Below are positions 53,358-64,000 of a stretch of DNA of 64,000 bases, piece after piece. The stretch comes from Octopus sinensis (taxonomy: Eukaryota), in the NCBI RefSeq assembly GCF_006345805.1, contig NC_043000.1, forward strand, positions 86,614,001 through 86,678,000, given 5' to 3'. Below the pieces are notes generated by a model that was not told where the DNA came from, searched no databases, and was given only the letters and a program-made list of their open reading frames with translations. Made by a program: the position numbers and the translations under genes. How positions within the stretch are numbered: position 1 is the stretch's first letter; each line of letters starts with the position of its first letter.

Positions 53358-55822
53358 TGTCATAACATTTTTACCAATAAATTATATGGATACAACAAAC
53401 TAGTATTCCAGAAATTTGTGTAATTGCTCATAAATATATTTCTCAATTTTTATTTAATAATTATCTGTAATGGAAAATATGAAAAGTCCCTGTTTATGAA
53501 TTTAAAACTAATAGGAACTTAGTTCTCATATTTTATTTTTAAGAGTAATTTTCAAATAAGATATTTAAACTGGAAAAAAATAATTAATGTCAATTTCATG
53601 ATTGTTAGTTTTCTTTGATTCTTTTTTAAAGTTTTTTTTTTTCCTTTAGTTCAATTAATTGTGAAAGCTTTAGAAATCAATAGAAACTATAATAAATCAT
53701 ATGAAACCACTAGTTGTTGCAGTTATTAAGATTCAAATATTAGCTTTTGAATGAAACAATTGGAAACTAGTATGCTTTTGAATTTTATAGTGTTAAATTT
53801 CTTTAATAGTTTTTTTTTTTTAGCACAAAAGTGGGCCATATCATTTCCTTTCTAATTTAATTTCAAATTCAAAGAAATTTTAGATGTTTGTTTGGCATAA
53901 CAGTCAGAAAAATCTTTCATAAAGCTCCAGCATAATAGCTATTGGTCTTTTATTTGGAATTGTATTTAGATGTTACTATTTTTTCTTCTTCTTTCCTATT
54001 AGAATTTTCATTTCTGTTCAGGTGTTATTGTTTTATTTTTTTTTTTATTTTAAAATGTCTGAAGTAGTTTATTTTTAAAATTTTGACAAAACACATTATT
54101 TGTGCTGTTCAACATGTTTATGCAAACGCAGTCTAATGGCATTTCATCCAAAGTGCCATTTTGTTTTTAGGTTTAATGTAGATGTTCATGTGAAAGCTAA
54201 ATTTTGACAGTCAATTGACCAAAATGAAATGTTACAAACTTGGTTTGTTTGTGCAGGCAGAAGCAAGATAAAAACTGAAATCCTAATGCTTTTATTTAAA
54301 TATTTTTTCCAAATATGGGAATTTAATGACTTCAGTATTAACACTTCTTGTGTAATAGAAAGTGATTATTAATATTTTTATGTGATATTTGTTTGTGTGA
54401 TGTAGTAAAAATGGTATTGAAAACATAACATTTTAGGACCATTGAAGCCAATAGCTGTTTGCAGTATCTTTCATTCATTGATTTGGCCCAGTATAGACAC
54501 AATCTGATGAAAGATATATCACCTTAAAGGGATCAGTCACTGAAATTGATCCTGGTGTTTATTTGAAATCTTGTGCTTTTTCCATTGGACTCTTTCTACT
54601 AAGCTGCTAAGTTACAGACAAGCATGCAGACATGTGTGTAAACACACACCTGTGCATCGCTTCCACACAGTTTCTATCTATTAAATTCATTTGCAAGCTG
54701 TTAGTTACCCTCAAAGCTACAATAGATGCCCAAGTCTGAACCTGAAACTACTTGGTTGCAAAGTGAACTTCTTAATTGTTCTGTTATGCCTTTGCTATAT
54801 AAAAATATAAATGTAAAAATAAAACAATTCTTTTTTTAAAAAAGCAGGTTCAAAGAAAAAAGTACAAGAGCTGAATTGCATAATAAGGCATTAAACATTT
54901 AAAGAAAAATTTTTCTTCTGCTAGTGTATCCTCATTTGTCCCAGATCTACATAATTTCTTGTAAAAGCCCAATACCCTCAGATTTGACATTACTTCTTTC
55001 AGTGTCTGCAATTGGTCTACCTCTGCTATGTATTATTTCACTGTCACTTCACAAAACTATCTTTTAATATCTGCTATCACAACTAATGTTGCTGCTACTG
55101 TTGCTCATTTGTCTATAGTTTCTAGAAAAGAACCTTTAGGAGTTTGTAAATTATTTAATATCTGTTTTCAAACTTGGTCTTGTATACCAGTGATCAGACA
55201 CTCAAACTATGACCCTTATTTTTTTCACAGAGTATAAACCTAGGACCACTTTAAACACTCATTCACTTTTTAAGAGAGTAGGATTTGAGAGGGATTTAGC
55301 TAGTATTTCTAGCAGCTAACAACAGCATAGGGATTCTCCTGTATATACAAATATAAGAGGTTTATATGTGAAACTAAGAGCCTAAATCTTTTGTCAAATA
55401 CACAAACATGACTGCTTAGTATCAACAACTTCAGATTCTAGAGTAAACATTATGCAATAAAGGCTAAAAATAAAAGGTCATGACTTTTTTTGCAATTGAC
55501 AGAATGGTTTTATAAGACCCTCCAAGGTACAACAAAAGAATACAAAAATATTCTTTAAATAATAAAAATAACCATTAGGAGAATACCATTTTTAATTAAT
55601 AGATCTGAACTCCTTAATTCTGACGTTAACCAAACTCTGTTGGATATCAATAATGAAAAATGTTCTTGAGTGGTTTAGGGAGGTGCTAACATTACTGCAA
55701 CATAAAACTTTCTAATTTACATTTTGGGATTTTGTTTTCCTGTTCTACTTATTCACAGGCACTTTTCTGTACTGGCAAAATGTGGGTAGGTTTGTAAACT
55801 AGAAATTTCATGTGTAGTATTG

Positions 55823-55857
<35 letters not shown>

Positions 55858-56934
55858 CTCATGCACACATATGCATATGAATGCCTTTCAAAATCTTAAC
55901 TATCCATTCAGAAATAGGATTACACAAAATAGGTTATGGTGTTTTGTTTCTAGGTAGGATCCAGTTAAAATGAATTTGATATATATAATCTACAGGGTGT
56001 GGCAAAAAAAAAAAACCCTCCCAGATTCACCATTCTTGATAGATTTTTCAACAGCAAATGCACAGTCTAAACCATGATGGTAACTAAGAGAAAAAACAAG
56101 CACTAAAACATTAGCTATATGAAAACATTGCTGCCACCTGCCTAATTTCACTAGTGGCAGAGTACAACAGAAAAACATATTGCGGTGGAGGGGTTCTGCT
56201 TCACCCTGTATAAACAGCTGGGTTGTGTACTGTAACTTAATCACTAAAAAATCATTTGCAGAAAAACTTGTTATTCTTTAGATGAAACAAGACTGCTTCT
56301 TGTTGAGAGTTCTAAGTTATTTCTTTCTTTTCTAACTTGTTTTAAATTTCAGTTTTTATAAATATTTTTCCTTCTTCATTTCTAAAACAGTAGTTAACTT
56401 TGAAGTTTGTTAAATCAGTATTACTGGCCAGAGTTATACGTTTTTCTTTAACTCTCTTCCAATTACAGTTATTACAATGTTTTCAATGATAGAGATTGGC
56501 AGAAGCAGCAAAATACTGAATAACTATAGTGTCATATCTAGTTATAGCCATTAACATAGTGAGTTCAAATTCAACTGAGATTGACTTTACAAGCATAAAT
56601 AAGAACCAGTCATAAGCTGGAAGAAAATAATCATTACCTTCATCTCCAAAATATGTGGCTTTGTACTTACATTAAAAATTATTTTCCAACCGTATTATGT
56701 AGTATGACTTATTTATACTATTTTTTTCTTGTGGCACTTTCATTTCTTCACCTAAAGTTTAGTCATGTATTGCTTGCAATCTACATGTTTAGTTTCTTGG
56801 CATTCATACACACACACACATACATGTTTGTTTTTATGTCCAATTATAATAAAAATAACTTTACATTAATCTGACAGTTTGATATTGGCTTAGCCAGCCA
56901 AAAGTTCAAAGTCATCATCAATACTATTCTTAAA

Positions 56935-56969
<35 letters not shown>

Positions 56970-57230
56970 CACTTAGGCTCTGTGCCACCTATTTTCTTTG
57001 TAAAGTGGTTAGTGTTAAGAAGGGCAATCAGCTGTAAAAAGCATGCCAAAACTGACCTCCGTTGGTGCCATGTAAAAAGCACTCAGTCCACTCTGCAGGG
57101 TTGTTTGTGTTAGGAAGGGTGTCCAACTATATAAACAGACAGTGAAGCATGGTGTGGTTTTCTGCCTAGCCAGCTCTTATCAAACCATCCAACCCATGCC
57201 AGCATGAAAAAGAAGATTAAATGACAAATA

Positions 57231-57272
<42 letters not shown>

Positions 57273-58674
57273 GTGTGTATATGTGTTTATGTATTTGCAG
57301 CAAACATTTATCTTCCCTGCTATTATGGGTTAGATGGTTTAACAGGATCCAATGAACCAAAAGTTTTTATTGAGCTTCAGTATTAGCATGGGTTCTATAG
57401 CTGGATACCCTTCTTAATGCTAACCACTTTACTAAGTGTGTAGGGTGCTTTTTTTGTGACTCCAGCACTAGAGAGGTTGCCAAGCAACCTATAAGACAAA
57501 GAAAATACCTTCAACTGAGTGGTGTTGTAGTAGAGCCAGGTGTTAAGAGGCTAAAGTGTGATGGAGAGACAGACATAGGTATTTTGTTAAAGAGGAGATA
57601 CATGGTTACTCTGCATTTTATGAGAGTAGGAGGGAGTATTGGAAAGAAGACAAAGATGGTGGTGAGGAGGTATCGTAACATACTCTCAAGATACAGGAAG
57701 GTGAGTATAAGAGTGAAAAGGGACAGAAGATTGGGAATAATTGGTGGACACATTCTTTAGAATGTTAGAGGAGAGTGACAGATGGTTAGAAATGAATATA
57801 AAGGTGAATGGAACAAGGATGAATTTGTGATAAATATTAGTATGGCAGGTAGAAGGGGAAAGAATTAGATTGACCTTACAACTCTTCTGAAGAACTTTTT
57901 TTTTAAGGTCTTTACTAAAAAAATGATTTTATTCCAACCAATTTTAGCTCTATTTTCCTACGCCAGGGTTTTTTTTCTTTTATCTGTGTTGCTAAGCATT
58001 TTGAAATGAAGTGTCTCCCTATAATGGCATAAGTACTTCAGTCAATTACAATTACTTCAGATATTACAGTAATGTATCATAAACCAGGGTTATCAAACAA
58101 ATACATGTTATATAACAATATGATAGGCTGTATAATTATCAGCAGCACCACCATAAAAAAAAATAGCATTTTGTCATTATAAAAAAAACATGCAAATTAC
58201 AAATATTATAGCTGGCAGGATATTGTTCATTCTTTCATATTATATTTGGAATTATATTATCAGTTTTTACCTCATCATTGTTTTACCATCCACTTATAAA
58301 TGCTTGCATGGGTCAGTTGGAGTTTATTGAGGCAGCTTTCCTGCAACTCTATGCCCTTTCTGTTGCCAACCTTCATCTATGCATAAGCAATATATTTGCC
58401 TATGGCCAGACATGATTTTTATGGTTGTCTAGAAACAAACATCACTTGATGGTGATGCTCATTCACAGGTCAAGGTTTACACACACACACACACACACAT
58501 TAGGCTTCTCTCAGTTCTTGTCTATCAAATCCACTCACAACACTTTGGTTAGCCTGGAGCTACAGTAGAAGACTCTTACTCAGGGTACCACATAATGAGA
58601 CTGAACCTGAAGCCACACAGTTGGAAAGCTAGCTTTTAAACCAAACATCTTGCCTGGTAGGAAAATGTCTTAAC

Positions 58675-58830
58675 TGGGATAATTATTTGTTACTTTACAG
58701 TTTAAGGAATTATTCAATAGCTGTTATTCTCACCATTAAAAAAAAGTACCAAAAAAATATAAAGCTGCTTTTTAAAAATAAATTAATTGCTATAAAAGGA
58801 ATGAATGTAGAATTGTGTTTTGGCAGTTGT
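58675..58830 (+). repeat. AT-rich segment duplicated at 63600-63760
   Basis: tgggataattatttgttactttacagtttaag.aattattcaatagct.ttattctcacca is nearly identical in both places. Confidence 0.85.
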
Positions 58831-59774
58831 CTGTTTGAGAAAAGAGTGTAGTACCAGAAATTGTAGTAGTTCAATTTTAAGAATTCATAAAGAAATTGAA
58901 CTTCAATATGCTGTGCTATCATGGTATAATTACATTTCTTTATAAATTCAACTTCACTTCCTTATCCATTTTCATATCTACTCCAATCATTACTTCTAAT
59001 TGTACAATTATACTGCATACTTTTCATTCCTTGTTCAATAAGATCTCATTTAAACTACAATTGTAATTTCTAATCTCTTACTAAATTTCTATTATGCATG
59101 CCATATGCGCATTCTTTTAATTTTTTTAAATGTCATATTTATTTACTTATTTATTTTTCATTTCTATCTTAAAAGTAGATATTTTAGCAATGTAATACAA
59201 CTCTTTGATTGCTAAACTTGTTCTCTCTCTCTATATATGTGTGTGTGTATTTGTGTCACGCACTCATGTAGAACTGCCGTACAAATTGCATTAGTTTTTC
59301 CTTTCCACTATTCTGTAGAAGATAAACATTTTCCAATTTCTCCTTTACTTTTATCCTTATATTTCTAAATCAATGTTTTTGAAAATAGTAACTTAGAGCC
59401 AAGCAGTTGAAAATACACAGGGGATTAAAAAATTATTAGGAAATTAGAAAGGTGTCAATAGAATTTGAAGGGAAAAGTGCATAATATAATATACAAGATC
59501 AACTTCAGTGACTTAAGTTTCTATTGATTTATAAATTGAAGAGGAGACTGTCAGGCAGTCGACTGAAGTTGCACTGAGAAAGCTGATGTAAATGTTTCTT
59601 TATTTTCTTAACATACTTTCTGGATTTTAGTCAAATTCTGACACCAAACGGAAAGATTTTTGCAAAGATTTGTATTACAAAATGATTTTTTGTTGTTTTG
59701 TTTTTTTGACCCTTGTCAGTGGCATTGGCAATTTGAACATATCCTTTTGATCTCTGATTAAATGTATTCTGCTG

Positions 59775-60189
59775 AAAGTGGAGGGAAGTTGTGGAAGAGG
59801 GAAACCCAGGAAGACATGGGATGAAGTATTGATGGCACATCTCAAAACGATGAACCTTACAAAGGAGATGATAAAAGACCGAGATATGTGGTGCATTACT
59901 GTTCTCAAGAAGACCCACTCACCACAACAGAATTGATACTTTGAAACCAAGGTGCCACATAAAAGAAAAAGCATTGGTCTGGGTGCTGGTGCCACATAAA
60001 AAGCACTGGTGGTTGTGTCATGTAAAACGCACCCAGTAAACTCTGTAAAGCTGTTAGCATTAGGAAGGGCATTCAGCTGTAGAAACCAAGCCAAAACAGA
60101 CTATGGAACTTGGTGTGTCTCCTGGCATTGCCGCTTCCTGTCAATCTATCCAACCCATGCCATGGAAAATGTTAAATGATGATGATGAT
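59775..60189 (+). mobile_element. 5'-truncated RTE-type LINE: ORF C-terminus, 3' UTR and (GAT)n tail
   Basis: Open frame 59775-59936 KVEGSCGRGKPRKTWDEVL...KDRDMWCITV...* (G.RGRP..TW...DR..W motif of RTE C-termini), followed by the UTR shared with many local repeats and gatgatgatgat. Confidence 0.85.
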
Positions 60190-63100
60190 ATTTCACTTTT
60201 AAACATCAGCATCACCTATCATGACTAGAAGTACTTTGAAGCAGTAGAAAATAAATGCCAGATTATCATTCATCACCATATATAAAGTTGTTATTGGTCC
60301 AACCAAGTGAAATGCCACTGACTTTTGAAAAGCCTGTTTGATGATAAATTCATTATTTTTTTTTTCAATAAGAGTCTCAACTATCTTATGCACGTTACAT
60401 TTTAACAGTGATAAAATAATATTAAAGAAGAGACAGTTTTTATATTGATCTTCATGGCTGGGTAATAAACTACTCTCGGCAATCTTGAGAGTGATTATGA
60501 TTTAAATATTGCTCGCCATTATATTTGTGCCTAACTTCACTAGTAACCAATCTGCGGGTGGCTAAGCAATGACTACTATTCTGGTTATGGTAAAAAAAAT
60601 TTAACCTCATATTCTTAATAACACAGTTATAGTTTGTGTAATACCATCTCCTTATTCATTGTCTTATACCATCATTCTCCTACAGGATAATTAACTTTAC
60701 TCTGCATAATGTATTCACTCTGGAGAAGCATAACTCCTCTTTAACAATAACTATGTTAAGTCTAACTGAACTGTGATCAAAAACATTCCAGCTATGGATA
60801 TTTCATCTTTTAGAGGTAGGTATTCAGTAGTATATTATCCAATGCATTTTTCCTTGTCAAAGATGTAGATTTGATTTCAGGGACACTTGGCTGCTATTTC
60901 TAGCATATCAAACCACCACATAGAAGTTCCCTTATTGGTTTGTGTACCTTTATAGTGTTGTGTGTAATTGACATTGAAATAGTAGTAGTATTTCAATATT
61001 AGTTATAGTGGCCACTTTCTGACACAATTTCATGGACAATTTTTACTCTGTGTATGATATTACCAATGAATAAGTATTGATTTTGTAAATACTAGCAATG
61101 CTAACTAATCTAAATTTCAACTGTTTCAACCTCATGCTTCTTTATAAAAATTGAACCTATCTCAGTAACATCTTGTGGAATGACATCCTCATTGTATGTA
61201 CTAAAGTTATTCCTCTACAACTTTTGCAGTAGATGAGTCGACTTAGTTTGGGTAGTTATTTCACTTCAGAGGAACTGCTTTGTTTGTGAAATTACGTTGA
61301 CTACATCTGGAAGACTCTTGCATACTTTAATAATTCTGCACTTTCCCTACTATTTGCCTCTATTTCAAATACAGGCTTTTGTCAGTACACAAGCAAATTT
61401 ATATTGTGTTGTGTGTCAGTGTATCTTTGTATGCATGTATGTAGAGATAGAAAGATTCATCAACCTCTTAACATTGTCTCTCTCTTTTCCTTTTGGTTTG
61501 TGATCCTTTATTGTCAACCAGTTTGCTGGGACATCTCTTTTAGGCTCTTCAACCTTATTTGCAAACATACAAAACATTTCTCATTCTAACTTCCTCTCTT
61601 CTCACAGTACACAAACTTATTCAATTTTGCAAACTCTGATTTAGGCTTCATATTTTCAAGAGGTTTTTTTCTTTTTATGCAAGTGTGTGTTCTTTTGTAT
61701 TTTACTCAATTGTCAAGGTACAATATTCATTGTCTTGCTCTTCTTATCACTGGGATCTTTAAGATAAATGTTTTTCACACACTACTTGCTTTTCTTTTCT
61801 TTTGTTGGTTTACTTGTCATTTGACTGCGACCATGCTAGAGCACCACCTTAAAGGGTTTTAGTCAAAGAAATCGACCCCAGGACTTACTCTTTGTAAGCC
61901 TAGTACTTATTCTATCGGTCTCTTATGCTGAACTGCTAAGTTATGAGGACATAAACACACCAACATTGGTTGTCAAGTGATGGTGGGGCGAACAAACACA
62001 GACACAAAGACACACACACTTAAATACATACATATATATAGGACAGGCTTCTTTCAGAACCATGTAGTTGGGAAGCAAGCTTCTTACCTCACAGTTACAC
62101 CTGCTTGTAGCAGCTTTTTATATTAAATAAACACTTCTTCTCTAATATAATTCCTGACATTTTGAAACTGTCATTTCAGAACTTTACTATGTTTTGTAGA
62201 GTTTGAATGGTTAACTTTTAAGTTTTTAGTATGTTTATGATCAAAAATACATGCTATCATTAACCCTTTTGTTATTGTTGAAATACACTACTTTTGTTTC
62301 AATTAAGTTTGTAAATAATGGAGAATTTAGTCAAATAATTTTGTCTGTATTAAGCTGGTGTTCAGAGCATGAATTAACATAAAATTTTGAAAGAAGCTTC
62401 TGTATTAGATCACATTAAAACCTGTAGTTTCTATCCTGAAACCTTGGCTGCTCTCATGCAGACTGATATCAAAAACTTCACTGTTCTTTTGCATTATACA
62501 ATTCCATAGGGTATTTCTGTTGAAGTATCTCAATTTGGATTGAACATCATTGACTTTTGTGGCAACCATTTTTGATCATTCACTGGCAGTGAATGGGTGA
62601 TAAAAATTTTCAAAATAAGAAGTTCCTAATCAAAACCTAGTACACTAATGACTTATAAAATCAAACTTGTAGTGTTTCAAAATATGAAGTTTTTGTTTCA
62701 GACTTTTTTCATTAAATTAATAAGCTGGGTGAGAAGAAATTCCTACATATTTTTAAGGCTTTCTTACACAGTAGTAGGATAATGGTAATTTGGTGGATTT
62801 TGAGTTTTCGAAGTAAATTGTAGATAAGTAGGGTATTTGTTCTAGAGGTATGTGATTTTGAACAACAAGACTTGTGCAAAATAATCAAGCGTGGCTGTGT
62901 GGCAAGAAACTTGTTTCCCAGGTTCCAGGTTCAGTGCCCCTGCATGGCACCTTTAGCAGGTGTTTTTTACTATATTCTCAGGCCGACCAAAGCCTTCTGA
63001 GAGGATTTGATAGACGGAAACTGAAAGAAGCCCGCCATATGTATGTATGTGTGTGTGTGTGTATATTTATGTGTGTATGTGTTTGCCTCCTTCCATCACT

Positions 63101-64000
63101 TGACAACCAATGTTGGTGTGCTTATGTCCCAGTAAAAGGGACCAATTGAATAAGTACTAGGCTTACAAAGAATGTCCTGGGGTTGATTTCTTCAACTAAA
63201 AACCATTTAAAGCAGTGCTCCAGCATGGCTGCAGTCAAATGACAGAAATAAATAAAAGAGTTACAAGAGTAAAGTTACACAGAATTTATAGAATTATTTT
63301 GAATGGATTTATTTGGAGGCAACATAATCAAGTTCAAAGCAATAAAGCAAATGAGACAACTGTTAGTTAACAATAAATTAGTAGTATTAATGAATGAAAG
63401 CTTTCTATTGAATCATCATTGTTTTACAGTGTGTTCATATACTGCAATGAAAGTCTGTCCAATGAAGCATGAGTTCTCCCATTGGATGAAGCCGAAGCAT
63501 GACTTCATTCTGACATTCTCATAGTGTTTTTAAGGCAAAAATATTAGGGTAATTTGCCATTGTCTTCCCCAACTGGATGGTTGTTGGCCCATAATGAGTT
63601 GGGATAATTATTTGTTACTTTACAGTTTAAGAAATTATTCAATAGCTATTATTCTCACCAATAAAAAATGGTAAGAAAATATAAAACTGCTTTGTTTCTA
63701 AGAAAAAAAACCCAAAATACTAAGAAATAATAAGAATGAATATAGTTGTGTTTTAGTTGTTGTAGTCCTGCTGGGTGTCTAGATACCTTCTCACAAAAGT
63801 AGCAAGCCAGTTTAGTTACCAACCATCTGACCATAGAGCAGGTACTACTGGTTTACAAGGTACCGATAGCAGGTCTCATCAGCCTGTGATGAGATCCCTG
63901 ACCTGACATTCTTTTGAATAGAAGTACTTTTTCACTGCTATTGTCCATGTCAGTATGCATGATAATGGATACTCTATGGTAGATAATATTGTCTATGTAC

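Noticed and set aside
55990-56250. tacagggtgtggcaaaaaa Tc1/mariner-like terminus
   Set aside because: No matching opposite TIR or transposase motif was found; at most a solo end.
62848-62895. Possible next furin exon (VCDFEQQDLCKIIKRG versus VQWLEQQVAKRRTKRD)
   Set aside because: It lacks the conserved Trp and the R-x-K-R site, and the KR-G part comes from the head of the SINE starting at about 62886; judged coincidental.

Overview
This is AT-rich, microsatellite- and transposon-dense eukaryotic DNA, most likely from an octopus; that is inferred from recognising the tRNA-headed SINE and (GAT)n-tailed RTE-LINE repeat types, not from a database search. I can support only one host coding exon: a 99-bp, phase-0, AG/GT-bounded exon at 41034-41132 (+) encoding IMPDFYHIQHKKVAKRSIYASKSHQVALAAEPQ, which aligns with the prodomain of furin-type proprotein convertases. 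The window therefore appears to lie inside a furin-like gene, with at least 41 kb of intron upstream and at least 22 kb downstream. The rest is decayed mobile DNA: a DD34D mariner, two DD37D/maT-type elements, pogo/Tigger relics, two copies of a fold-back mariner derivative, a young non-autonomous Helitron, piggyBac-type and Tc1/mariner-type MITEs, Penelope, RTE and Chapaev3-like fragments, and many SINEs. Nearly all ORF-track entries are spurious or TE-derived. I found no prokaryotic system, CRISPR array or intact transposase, and no clearly new biological system. The best leads are inverted-repeat (dsRNA-forming) structures in the putative pre-mRNA, including one next to the exon, and the modular SINE/LINE architecture. 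Edges of decayed repeats are approximate (tens of bp).
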